A DNA stretch of 64,000 nucleotides from Myxococcota bacterium (GTDB lineage: Bacteria; Myxococcota_A; Polyangia; Nannocystales; Nannocystaceae), in contig JBCCHT010000032.1 of the NCBI GenBank assembly GCA_039028615.1, positions 83,057 to 147,056 of the forward strand, read 5' to 3'. Below are positions 47,098 to 59,810 of the stretch, piece by piece (position 1 is the first letter of the stretch; each line of letters begins with the position of its first letter). The position numbers were made by a program, and so were the translations under genes. The notes beneath the pieces are model-generated. The model worked only from the letters and a program-made list of their open reading frames with translations, was not told the origin of the DNA and searched no databases.

Positions 47098-48186
47098 TCA
47101 CTGCAGCGGGAAAATGATGAAATCGTCGTGGGCTTCGTAACTGGGCTCGCCTCCCATCGCGACCACGGCGTCGCGCAGCTCGACCAAGTGCTCGCGATGC
47201 AGAGCGAGCTCGCGCTCGTCGGGATGGGCGTCGGCGCCGAAGGGATAGTCTTGACCCGCGGTTTGCGTCATCTCGATATGGGTGCCGAGCACGTGGCAGA
47301 CCTCCTCCGTCTCGGTATGCGCGACCATCCGCTCGATGCTCTCCACGTACTCGGGGAAGTCGGCGATGTACAGCCGGCCCGGGTACAGGGTGTCGCCGGT
47401 AAGGAGCAATCCGCTGCCGTGATCGAACAGCGCGATGTGTGAGGTCTGGTGTCCGGGGATCGGGATCACGTCGACGACGCGGCCGCCGAGATCGTGCGAG
47501 ACGATGTCGTCGGGCCAGGTGCCGATGCCGAAGTAGCTCGACAGCGCGCCGACGTTGGGGCTGATCACGGTGGTGGACGGCTGTCCGTCGAACAGGCCGT
47601 TGCCCTGCAGGTGGTCGCCGTGGGCGTGCGAGTTGACGACCAATAGCTCGATGGAGTCGCGCCCGTTGGCCGCCAGCCAGTCGTCGATGACGCCGTAGAC
47701 CTCGTCGGCGATCGGGATGTTGCCGTCCCCCGTGTCTTCGAGCAGGACCTGGTCCTCGCCGAAGAGCAAGAACATGAAGGGACCCTCGAAGCTGGTGCAC
47801 AACGACTGGCGGAGGATGACGGTGTCTTCGTCGTAGTAGTGGACCTGGATCTGCGGCTCGCCGCACGCGGTGCCGTTGATCCACTGGCGCGGGAAGGTGC
47901 CGCGACACTCTTGGGTTTCGCCCCCGGTGCTGCTGTCCGAGCCGCCGCTGCTGTCCACGCCATCGGTATGAGGCCCAGGACTCGTGGTCGTGGTGCCGCC
48001 CCCGGTCTCGGTGCTCGGGGCGGGCGTGGCCGCGGTCGAGCCGCTGGTGAGCGGAGTGGCCACGGAGGTCGAGCCGGCGCTGGCGTTGTCGGTCGTCGTG
48101 CTGGGGGACCCGTCGTCACCGCAGCCGATCGTCAGGGCCAAGGCGCCACTCCAGAACAATGCCGCGCTGCGTCGCATACTCGTCAC
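47098..48186 (-). CDS. Metallo-beta-lactamase fold hydrolase lipoprotein
   Basis: TIGC lipobox; SHAHGDH, PGH, TGD, GTH. Confidence 0.9.
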   Translation of the reverse strand: MTSMRRSAALFWSGALALTIGCGDDGSPSTTTDNASAGSTSVATPLTSGSTAATPAPSTETGGGTTTTSPGPHTDGVDSSGGSDSSTGGETQECRGTFPRQWINGTACGEPQIQVHYYDEDTVILRQSLCTSFEGPFMFLLFGEDQVLLEDTGDGNIPIADEVYGVIDDWLAANGRDSIELLVVNSHAHGDHLQGNGLFDGQPSTTVISPNVGALSSYFGIGTWPDDIVSHDLGGRVVDVIPIPGHQTSHIALFDHGSGLLLTGDTLYPGRLYIADFPEYVESIERMVAHTETEEVCHVLGTHIEMTQTAGQDYPFGADAHPDERELALHREHLVELRDAVVAMGGEPSYEAHDDFIIFPLQ

Positions 48187-48283
48187 CTCGCGCCGATGGT
48201 ACCGCCAACGCGATGCGGTGGGGCCGTCGTTTGCACGCGGGTCGACCGTCGTTACCCGCGCCGCGGTGCCGATCGACCGTGCA

Positions 48284-49081
48284 TTACTTTGCTCGCTTGC
48301 GGCGGTCCCGGCGAGCCTGCGCTTCCTCGATCGTCATGAAGGTCCCGAACAGCTGGTCCCAGATGGCGAACACGAAGCCGTAGTTCTTGGTGACGCTGAT
48401 GTTGTGGTGGGGGTCGTGGGGCAGGCCGCCGCCGCCCATCGACAGGGGCAGCCAGCGAAACGGCGACCACCACACGTCATGCCCCGAGTGCTCCTCGATG
48501 AGAAACGCCACCCAGATCGCGACGAAGAGCCAGAACGACAGCGGGTGCACGCCGAGCAGGAGGACCGGCGTCATCACGCAGCCGATGACCACCATGTCCT
48601 CGAGGGGGTGCACCCAGCCGCCCGCCCACGAGAAGGGATGGGCGTAGGCGTGGTGCACCGAGTGGATCCGCCGCCGCAGGAAGGGGATGAGGTGCATGAC
48701 CCGGTGCTCCCAGTAGATGAGGAAGTCCGAGATCAGCAGGCACGCGATGAGCTCGAGCCCCAGACGCAGCAGCGAGGGGGCCTCGGTGGGCAGGTCGACG
48801 AAGCGCGGGAAGGCCCAGGTCGAGATGGCGTTGGCGCCGATGTAGATCCCCAGCTGCGGGATGGCGGCCTTGCGCATGTCCTGCAGCGAGGGCCAGCGCG
48901 TGGGGTCGATCTTGGTCCGCGTGTCGCGGCGCAGGTCCTTGTAGCTGAAGTACAGGCAGGTCAGCGTGAAGGAGGCCAGGCCGAGCCAGGCCGGAAACAG
49001 GAAGTGGCTGACCGCCGGCTGGCCGAACTCGAGGATGAAACCCCAGACGGGCTGAAGGACGGGCGCATCGACGTCGAACAT
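48284..49081 (-). CDS. Sterol desaturase / fatty acid hydroxylase family protein
   Basis: His boxes HRVMH, HSVHH, EHSGH, HDPHH; KNYG...WDQLFGT. Confidence 0.92.
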   Translation of the reverse strand: MFDVDAPVLQPVWGFILEFGQPAVSHFLFPAWLGLASFTLTCLYFSYKDLRRDTRTKIDPTRWPSLQDMRKAAIPQLGIYIGANAISTWAFPRFVDLPTEAPSLLRLGLELIACLLISDFLIYWEHRVMHLIPFLRRRIHSVHHAYAHPFSWAGGWVHPLEDMVVIGCVMTPVLLLGVHPLSFWLFVAIWVAFLIEEHSGHDVWWSPFRWLPLSMGGGGLPHDPHHNISVTKNYGFVFAIWDQLFGTFMTIEEAQARRDRRKRAK

Positions 49082-49133
49082 GGACCGCAGAGCGGGACCG
49101 TATCAGATCGCCCGCGACCCTCGTAGGCGGGGG

Positions 49134-49754
49134 CTACTGGCGTGACTCGTAGTAGGCCACCACCCCGGGGTGGCTCTCCACCCGCTCGAAGTGGTCGACC
49201 AGCGCGGGGGCGATGCGTTCGAAGAGATCGGCGGGCACGTGGTCGAGCCCGCCCTTGCGCACGTGACGGACGGAGAGGAACACCTTGAGGTCGGCCACGG
49301 TGAGCCGGCCATCGGCGAACCAGCCCCCCTCGCGGGTCTCGAGAGCGCGCCCCAGGCCACCAAAGAGCCGCGTGACGGATCCGGCCACCAAGGCCTCGCG
49401 GGCGGCTTTGCGCTGGGCCTCGTCCTTCATGGAAAATGTCGGTTTGACCTCCGCGGCGATCTCTTCGATGACATCCATGGCCTCGTCGCACAGCGCGGCC
49501 TGAAATGGGTCCTCGGGGTAGAGCCCGGCCAGCTTGCCGGCGTAGCGGTTGATGCCGTTGCTCTGGGTCACCCGCTGGCCATCGACCTCGAGCTCGGGAA
49601 CGCAGCCGAACAGCGTATCGGCCTTGCGCTCGGGCCAGGTGCGCGGGGCGAAGCGGTCGTCGTCGAACTCCACCCCACCGATGGAGAACGCGATGCGGGC
49701 GACCTCTCCTCGGCCGCCGTTGAAGTCGAAGTAGCTGAGCTTGAGCGAGGGCAT
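49134..49754 (-). CDS. Glutathione S-transferase (Tyr-type)
   Basis: LSYF..GRGEVAR, GCVPELEVDG, TQSNGI, LTVADL. Confidence 0.92.
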   Translation of the reverse strand: MPSLKLSYFDFNGGRGEVARIAFSIGGVEFDDDRFAPRTWPERKADTLFGCVPELEVDGQRVTQSNGINRYAGKLAGLYPEDPFQAALCDEAMDVIEEIAAEVKPTFSMKDEAQRKAAREALVAGSVTRLFGGLGRALETREGGWFADGRLTVADLKVFLSVRHVRKGGLDHVPADLFERIAPALVDHFERVESHPGVVAYYESRQ

Positions 49755-49796
49755 CGCCCCTGGGACGCCATGTGCTCCCCGGTTGTTACGCCGGGC

Positions 49797-50720
49797 TCAG
49801 GGATCGAGCGCGGTCGCGAGGGCAGCGAGGGCTCGCTCGCGGGCGTCGTCCTGGGCATCGAGCTCGGCCTGGTTGTCGGGCGAGCTGTCGAAGCCGTGGT
49901 CCGCCCCGTCGTAGACGCGCACGGTCATCGGGTCTTCGACGCCTCGACGCTGGGCTTCGGCGCTGGACTCCGCCTGGCGACTGGGGCAGTGCTCCAGCAA
50001 GGGATCGAAGGCTGCGTGGTAGACCCGCAGCGGCGCGGTCGGGAAGTAGGGGCTGTCGTCGAGCAGCCCCTGCAGTCCGCACCCGGGATAGAAGGCGTGC
50101 GCTTCGATGAAGCGCTCGCGCTGTGCCGCCGGGGTCAGGCCGGCCGTGCGCGGTAGCAGCTCCAGATCGTCTTGCATCGACATCAAGGTCGCGGAGGCGC
50201 CGTTGGAGAAGCCGAGCAGGGCGATGCGATCGCAGTCCACCGCCTGCTCGGAGCACACGAAGCGCAGGGCACCGTAGGCGTCGTGGGTCCGCAGCACGAG
50301 GCGGTCGACTTCGTCGAGGTCTCGCGGGGCATCGTCCCACTCCCAGAACCCGCGCGAGTAGTAGCTGCTCGGCAGCAGCACGGCATAGCCCCGACGCGTG
50401 AGCATCGCGGACCAATCGGCGAACTGTGGCGCGACCTCGAGCTTGGTGTCGTCGCGATCGGGCTCGGTGAACAGACCGCCGTTGCCGTGCAGGACCACCA
50501 CCGCCCCAAGTGGGCCGTCGAGCTCCGGCTGCATCCAGACGCCCTGCAGGGCATCGCCGCGATCATTGTCGAAATGCACCAGCTGTGCGGGAATTTCGAG
50601 CAATGAACCGTCGGACAGCTGAACTTCGACACCATCGGGCTCGAACGCACATGCAGCGTACAGCGTCATGCACAGGGGGACGACGGCCGTTTGGCGCCGC
50701 CCGTGCTTCGTTCGATCCAC
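49797..50720 (-). CDS. Dienelactone hydrolase family alpha/beta hydrolase, probable lipoprotein
   Basis: VVVLHG, GFSNG nucleophile, FYPGC, YDGADHGFD. Start uncertain. Confidence 0.85.
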   Translation of the reverse strand: MDRTKHGRRQTAVVPLCMTLYAACAFEPDGVEVQLSDGSLLEIPAQLVHFDNDRGDALQGVWMQPELDGPLGAVVVLHGNGGLFTEPDRDDTKLEVAPQFADWSAMLTRRGYAVLLPSSYYSRGFWEWDDAPRDLDEVDRLVLRTHDAYGALRFVCSEQAVDCDRIALLGFSNGASATLMSMQDDLELLPRTAGLTPAAQRERFIEAHAFYPGCGLQGLLDDSPYFPTAPLRVYHAAFDPLLEHCPSRQAESSAEAQRRGVEDPMTVRVYDGADHGFDSSPDNQAELDAQDDARERALAALATALDP

Positions 50721-50922
50721 GGTGCCGATTGAATCACAGTCAGTCGGGCTTCGCGACGAATCGCACGGCAATATGTTGCGCACTGAAGCTCGCGTTTGGG
50801 GCGCCCCGATTCGTGGGACGTGGGTGTTCGCCTTCGGTGTGCGACGTCGAGCGATCACGGACCCGAGTCGCAGGCTTTGTCCTTGACCCCCGAATGCACG
50901 AGACGATAGGCCTGAAGACGCG

Positions 50923-52158
50923 ATGTCGCGATCGAATCGTCGTTGGTCTTACTGTTTTTCGGCATTGTGCTTGGCCGCCGGGTGCACGGAGTCCGTTGCC
51001 CCCGAGTCCGCGGGCACCGAAGCCGCCACGCAAGGGTCTTCGGACGAAGGCACGACGGCCGTCGCGGGTGACGACACGGTGGCCAGCACGAGCGGCGCGG
51101 AGTCCAGCGAAAGCTCGGGCGAGCCCGAGCCCCTCGATCCGCTGAGCATGACGATCATCTCCGAGGTCATCTTCTATGATGGCTACGCGGGGGTAGTGGA
51201 CGAGCCGGTCGCCGACGGCATCATCCGGCACAGCAACGCGCTTTACGGCACGCAGCTCACCGACAACCAGCTCGACTCGATCCAGAGCACGCTGAACATG
51301 GACGTGTGGATCGGGGCGCTGTGCGACAACTACGACCGCCTGGGGGGCGTGTTCCTGTCGCTGGTGCCCAAGGGGGCCGAGACCTACGTGCCGGCCGAGG
51401 TCACGCGCTTCGAGATCGCCCGCTTCGTCACGCCGTTCATGAACAAGAACAAGGAGCCCACGGCGCTCGCCTTCAACTTCCAGATCGACGACGTCGTCCC
51501 CATCCTCACCGACGAGGCATTGCGAGCGGAGTTCGACATCTGGATCGAGCTCGAGGTCTTCGGGGTCCCCTATGCGGCGAACACCGAAATCTCCGGCTGC
51601 GCGGGGCGCAACGACGTGTTCCTCGGCGCGCTGGAGCTCCACACCGACAGCGAGCGCGAGGCGCCCGAGTTCGACTTCGTCTCGGTGCTGGCGGCGCGGC
51701 AGAACTTCAACAACCACCAGCGAGGGGCCAGCGACGAGCTCGGCACCACCCGCAAGACCCTCGAGTTCAGCCTCGACGAGGACACCACCGAGACCCAGCT
51801 GGTGCTCATCACCTCGAATCACGGTGCCAACGAAGGCGGCGAGGAGTACAACCGTCGCGAGCACTTCGTGACCGTGGACGGCGAGAGCGTGCTGACCTAC
51901 ACGCCGGGGCGCGAGACCTGCGAGCCCTTCCGCATGTACAACACCCAAGGCAACGGCATCTACGGGGTCTCGCCGCGAACGCCCGAGGAGTGGCAGTCGT
52001 TCAGCAACTGGTGTCCCGGTGACGTCATCGACACCCGGGTCATCGACATGGGGCCCATGTCGGCGGGGGCCCACGAGTTCGTGATCGACGTGCCGGACGC
52101 ACAGTTCGTCAACGGGGAGGGCAACTTCCCGTTCTCGCTGTACATCCAGGGGCGCTGA
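50923..52158 (+). CDS. Peptide-N-glycosidase F-related lipoprotein
   Basis: LAAGC; DNYDRLG, EIARFVTPF, HGA..GGEEY, NWCPG. Confidence 0.8.
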   Translation: MSRSNRRWSYCFSALCLAAGCTESVAPESAGTEAATQGSSDEGTTAVAGDDTVASTSGAESSESSGEPEPLDPLSMTIISEVIFYDGYAGVVDEPVADGIIRHSNALYGTQLTDNQLDSIQSTLNMDVWIGALCDNYDRLGGVFLSLVPKGAETYVPAEVTRFEIARFVTPFMNKNKEPTALAFNFQIDDVVPILTDEALRAEFDIWIELEVFGVPYAANTEISGCAGRNDVFLGALELHTDSEREAPEFDFVSVLAARQNFNNHQRGASDELGTTRKTLEFSLDEDTTETQLVLITSNHGANEGGEEYNRREHFVTVDGESVLTYTPGRETCEPFRMYNTQGNGIYGVSPRTPEEWQSFSNWCPGDVIDTRVIDMGPMSAGAHEFVIDVPDAQFVNGEGNFPFSLYIQGR

Positions 52159-52186
52159 GCGTGCGCTCGATTGGGGATCGTGGCGG

Positions 52187-55122
<2,936 letters not shown>

Positions 55123-55126
<4 letters not shown>

Positions 55127-55740
55127 GACGCTTCGGCGTGGTCTCGGACTTCTCGGGCCCAGTCTTCGAGATCGGTCAGTGTGCTGTGGAGCTCGTCGGG
55201 GGACAGCGCGAGCCGCTCGATCCGCTCGCGGAGCATCCGATGCGCTCGCCGTAGCCGGCTGCGCACGGTGCCTTCGGGAATCTCGAGGGCGTGGGCGAGC
55301 TCGGGGCCGGGCAGGTTTTCGAAATGACGCAGCTCCATCAAGATCTGGAGGTTGAGGGGGAGGCTGCGTAGAGCCTGCAGCAGCAGGCGTTGTTGCTGCC
55401 GCTTGGCGAACTCCCCCGTGGGGGTGGGGCCCAAGTCTTGGAGCGAGCACTCCGAGACGTCCGCGGAGCGAGGGGCCCGGCCCTGGTGGCGCAGTCGATC
55501 GTAGAGCTTGTTGCGGGCGACGGTGAACAGGTAGGCGCGAACACTTCGCGCTTCGTCGAGAGTGTCGCGGTTACGGACGATGGACAAGAAGGTGTCTTGT
55601 GCAAGTTCTTCGACGATGGAGTCTTCGATTTTTCCGTAGAAGAAGCGATACACGGCATCGTAGTGGAACTCGAAGAGTCGGCTGCCGGCCCGGTCGTTGC
55701 CGTTCCGCCACGCTCGCAACAGCTCGAGCTCGGCATTCAC
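55123..55740 (-). CDS. ECF RNA polymerase sigma factor
   Basis: EELAQDTF, AYLFTVARN, ELAHALEIPEGTVRSRLRRA. Confidence 0.92.
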
Positions 55741-56140
55741 GATCGCGGAGCCTAGCACCGGGTTTGCGCCGGTCGAGACGGCGGAGGGACGGATGCCATC
55801 CCCGTTGTCGGACGCAATTGATCGAAGAGTGAGGGCCACTGGCTCGATGACATCACCGGGCCGAGTGTGTTGTTTTCAGGTGTCAAGTTGTCCACCACTC
55901 AACTGCGCGAATACGAACCAGATGATTGGACTCCACTTTTCGAAACTTCGTGTGATCGATTCTCCGAGGTCGGCGTATTTGGAGGTCGAGAACGCATTCC
56001 ACGTGGAAGGTTCCGATTGCGTGTCGCGACACGTCTCCCCTAGGACTCGTCGCGGCGCGTTGCCCCCCGGGGCATGGTGGCACGATTGGCGACCATGCCC
56101 TCGACTCCGTGCCACTTGTTGGCTGCTGACGAGGATGACA

Positions 56141-56728
56141 ATGCATATCCACAAAAACCATCTGTTTCGAGCGGCGCTCGGCGCTTCGCTCATGCTCTTT
56201 TCCGTCGCCGGCTGTGACGCCGAAGAAGAGCTCGAAGACCTGACGGACGAGGAGATCGCCGATCAGGAGGCCCTCGACGAGGAAGAAGAGGCCGACGACT
56301 CCGAGTTCCGCTCGAGCAACGACTACTTCGATCCCGTCGGCAACCACGACGTAGCCACCTGCTCCACATTGGCAGGATGGGCGAAAGACGGTGACACCAC
56401 CGCTGCCACCCAGGTCCACATCTACAAGGGCGCGCCCTACCCGGCGGGGCAGATCGTGACTCACGTGTGGGCCGATCGCTTCCGCGGTGACCTGCCCTTC
56501 GCCGACAAGAACCACGGCTTCCACATCGCGACGCCCAACGCGTTCAAGACCGGCTGCCCCGAGCGGGTGTACATCCACGCCATCGATCTCGATGCCAGCG
56601 GCAACTTCGTGCCCGGCGGCAACAACCGCCTGCTGAACTCGACCGGCCGTACCGTGGTCTGCGGTCCGCCCCCTCCCGGAGGCTGCGGCTTCGGTGGTGG
56701 CGACGACGGCCCGCCGCCGCCCTTCTAG
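56141..56728 (+). CDS. Small lipoprotein with acidic linker and beta-sandwich domain
   Basis: GAGGA RBS; VAGC lipobox; E/D-rich linker ending SEFR; GWAKD...NHGF...AID. Confidence 0.8.
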   Translation: MHIHKNHLFRAALGASLMLFSVAGCDAEEELEDLTDEEIADQEALDEEEEADDSEFRSSNDYFDPVGNHDVATCSTLAGWAKDGDTTAATQVHIYKGAPYPAGQIVTHVWADRFRGDLPFADKNHGFHIATPNAFKTGCPERVYIHAIDLDASGNFVPGGNNRLLNSTGRTVVCGPPPPGGCGFGGGDDGPPPPF

Positions 56729-56875
56729 TCGAACTCGGCACGAACCTCGGCTCCCCGTCACGATGCTCCGCGGCGGGGAGGCGAGGCGAGCCATCGTGGG
56801 GACCCCGGGGCCGCGGGTCCCCGCGTTTCGTCACGGTTTGCTGCTCGCGGCCGGCCCTGCGACGATGCTCGGGCC

Positions 56876-59782
56876 ATGAGCGAGGGCGAGCACGGAGCAG
56901 GCGGCGCGGGTCACCAGCGCGTCGGGAACCTGCTCGAGGGCGTCCAGCTCGGCGGGAACGTGGGCATGGACTTGGCCCGCGAGCGCGCGCGCGAGGCGAT
57001 GTTCGGCCTGCGCACGGCCGAGATCCGCGTCGATCGCTTCGTGCTGGAGCGAGAGGTGGGCGAGGGGGGCATGGGCGTGGTCTATGCCGCGCACGACCCG
57101 TCGCTGGATCGCAAGGTCGCGGTCAAGCTGGTGCATGCGTCGCGCAGCGACGGCTCGCGGGGCGAGCGGGCTCGTGCGCGCATGGTGTCCGAGGCCCGAG
57201 CGCTCGCGCAGGTGAGCCACCCCAACGTGGTGGAGGTCTTCGAGGTGGGCCTGCATCGCACGGGCTCGGGGGAGGACGGCGAGCAGGTCTTCGTGGCGAT
57301 GGAGTTCATCGAGGGCGGGACCGTGCGCCAGTGGCTGGCCGCCCAGCCTCGTCGCGTCGAGGAGATCCTCGCGGTCTATCTCGCCGCGGGTCGGGGCTTG
57401 GCCGCGGTGCACGACGAAGGGCTGGTGCATCGCGACTTCAAGCCCGACAACGTGATGGTCGGTGACGACGGCCGGATCCGTGTCATGGACTTCGGGCTGG
57501 CCCAAGGTCTGGCCGAGGACGCCCCGTCGCTCACGGGCCTGCTGTCACCCACGGCCTACGCGAGCCTCACCGCGACCGGCGACGTGCAGGGCACTCCGGC
57601 CTATATGGCGCCGGAGCAGTTCGCGGGAGCAGTGGCCGACCCGCGCAGCGACCAGTACTCGTTTTGTGTCGCCATCTACGAGGCGCTGTGGAAGGAGCGG
57701 CCCTCGGTGGCCGACGGCGAGCCCCCGCCCAACCCTCCGCGCAAGACCCTGCCTCGGCGCCAGCGCGAGGCGTTGCTGCGCGGGCTCAGCCGGGAGCCAC
57801 AGCAGCGCTTCGCGAGCATGCACGACCTTCTGGAGGCACTGCGGCCGCCTCGGTCCACGCTCTGGCTGGTGCTCGGCGTGGTCGGGGTCGTCGCGGTCTT
57901 GGGCGCGGCGGGATTGGCCTGGATGCTCGCGCACGCTCCGGTCGAGCAATCCCCCTGTACCCAGTCGGCGCAGAACCTCGAGGGGACCTGGAGCGACCCC
58001 CAGGCGCAGCGGGTTCGTGATGCGTTCGCCGACTCGTCGAAGTCGGGAGCCGAGCGGTCCGAACTGGTGGTGGAGCGCCTCGATGCGTACGCACAGCGCT
58101 GGGTCGAGGGGCATACCGATGCCTGCGAAGCCGCGCTGGTGGAGCGCATCGACACGGATGCGATCTTCGACAAGCGCATGCGATGCCTCCAGCGACGCAA
58201 GCAGAGCCTCGGGGCGCTGGTGGACGTCTTGGTCGCGGCCGACGAGCGGGTGGTGGCGCGAGCCGAAGATGCGGTCGCGGAGCTGCGGCCCGTGGAGCGA
58301 TGCGCGGACCCGGCGTTTCTCGAGGCGATGACCGAGCCGCCCGCCGATCCGGCGACGGCGGCCGAGGTGGAGCAGATCGACCGCGCCCTCGCCGAGGTTC
58401 GGGCCCTGCGGGATACCGGTCGAGTCGACGAAGCGCGGGCGCGGGTCGAACCTCTCACCGCTCGGGCGTCGGCCATCGGCTACCCGCCGCTCCTCGCCCA
58501 GGTGGCCCTGGCTCACGGAGAGCTGGAGTTTCGGGTGGGCAATGCGGCCGCGGCCAAGCCCTTGTACGAGCAGGCGTATTTCCAGGCCAAGGACGCGGGC
58601 GACGCGGGCACGGCGATCTGGGCTGCAGTGAGCCTCGCCATGTCGCAGGCCACCTTCGCTAATGAGCAAGAATCGGCGAATCACTGGCTGCGCCTGGCTC
58701 GGACCGAGATCGAGGCCTCGAAGATCACGGGGTGGGAGGTTCGGATCCTCGACATCGAGGTGGCCTTGCTCGACAGCCAGGGCGACTTCGACGGTGCCTT
58801 GGCGGCGGCGCGGGAGCGGGTGGAGCGACTCGGGGAGGACTGCGGCGACGCGTGCACTCGCCAGGCCGAGGCGCAATCCGACCTCGCGCTGGCCTACTCG
58901 CGGCTGGGCCATCGGGACGAAGCCATCACCCACGCGCGCAAGGGGGTCGAGCTGGCCCAGGCGCAGCACGGCTCCCAGCACCCGCGGGTCGCGGAGACCC
59001 TGAGCACGCTGGGCGACGTGTTGCTGCAAGCGGGGCGCGCCGCCGAGGCCTCGGAGATGCTGGGGCAGGCGCTCGAGATTCGCGAGCGCCTGCTCGAGCC
59101 CGACGCGGCCAGCCTGCAGATGACCCGGTTGCTGTTCGCCAATGCGCTGGTCGAGCAGGGGCGCACCGCCGATGGCCTCGAGCAGATGCTGGCGGTGCGC
59201 GCGAGCCTGGGTGACGGGGCCGGGGCGCTGATCTCGTCCAACATCGACAACCAGATCGCCTGGGCGCAGCAGTCGCTGGGGCGCTTCGACGAGGCGCGAC
59301 GCACCTTCATGGGGGCGGTGGAGGGCATGCGCGAGCTGTATCCGCAGGGGCATCCCTCGCTGTCGATCATGCTGTCGAACGTGGCGGGCATCGATCGCGA
59401 TACGGGCAACTACGCGGCCGCGCTCGAGGGCTTCGAGGAAGCAATGGCGATGCGGCAGAACATCGTCGAGGGCGCCGACCCGCTGCGGGCGACCTTCTTG
59501 CTCAACATCGCCGAGATGCTCGCGAAGCTGGAGCGCAAGGGCGAGGCGATCGAGCGCTACGCTGAGGCGGTATCGCTGACCACCGAGGGCGCGCTGGACC
59601 TCGTGGGTCTCCGCGTTCGATTGCGCCTGGCGAGCTTGGTCGTCGACGACGATCCGGCCCGGGCGAAGGCGCTGGTGGAGGAGGGGCGTCGCCGCTGCGG
59701 GGTGCTGTCGCCGGCCCAGAAGGAAGCGGCGCGCTGCCACGTCGCACAGATGTGGCCAGACAAGCCCGCCGAGACTCCCTGA
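56876..59782 (+). CDS. Ser/Thr protein kinase with TM and TPR repeats
   Basis: GEGGMG, AVK, HRDFKPDN, DFG, GTPAYMAPE, TM, TPRs. Confidence 0.93.
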   Translation: MSEGEHGAGGAGHQRVGNLLEGVQLGGNVGMDLARERAREAMFGLRTAEIRVDRFVLEREVGEGGMGVVYAAHDPSLDRKVAVKLVHASRSDGSRGERARARMVSEARALAQVSHPNVVEVFEVGLHRTGSGEDGEQVFVAMEFIEGGTVRQWLAAQPRRVEEILAVYLAAGRGLAAVHDEGLVHRDFKPDNVMVGDDGRIRVMDFGLAQGLAEDAPSLTGLLSPTAYASLTATGDVQGTPAYMAPEQFAGAVADPRSDQYSFCVAIYEALWKERPSVADGEPPPNPPRKTLPRRQREALLRGLSREPQQRFASMHDLLEALRPPRSTLWLVLGVVGVVAVLGAAGLAWMLAHAPVEQSPCTQSAQNLEGTWSDPQAQRVRDAFADSSKSGAERSELVVERLDAYAQRWVEGHTDACEAALVERIDTDAIFDKRMRCLQRRKQSLGALVDVLVAADERVVARAEDAVAELRPVERCADPAFLEAMTEPPADPATAAEVEQIDRALAEVRALRDTGRVDEARARVEPLTARASAIGYPPLLAQVALAHGELEFRVGNAAAAKPLYEQAYFQAKDAGDAGTAIWAAVSLAMSQATFANEQESANHWLRLARTEIEASKITGWEVRILDIEVALLDSQGDFDGALAAARERVERLGEDCGDACTRQAEAQSDLALAYSRLGHRDEAITHARKGVELAQAQHGSQHPRVAETLSTLGDVLLQAGRAAEASEMLGQALEIRERLLEPDAASLQMTRLLFANALVEQGRTADGLEQMLAVRASLGDGAGALISSNIDNQIAWAQQSLGRFDEARRTFMGAVEGMRELYPQGHPSLSIMLSNVAGIDRDTGNYAAALEGFEEAMAMRQNIVEGADPLRATFLLNIAEMLAKLERKGEAIERYAEAVSLTTEGALDLVGLRVRLRLASLVVDDDPARAKALVEEGRRRCGVLSPAQKEAARCHVAQMWPDKPAETP

Positions 59783-59810
59783 GACCGGCCACCTCTGGTA
59801 TGCACCCGTC

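Noticed and set aside
56078..56092. TGGCACG sigma54-like -24 element
   Set aside because: No GC at the -12 position.
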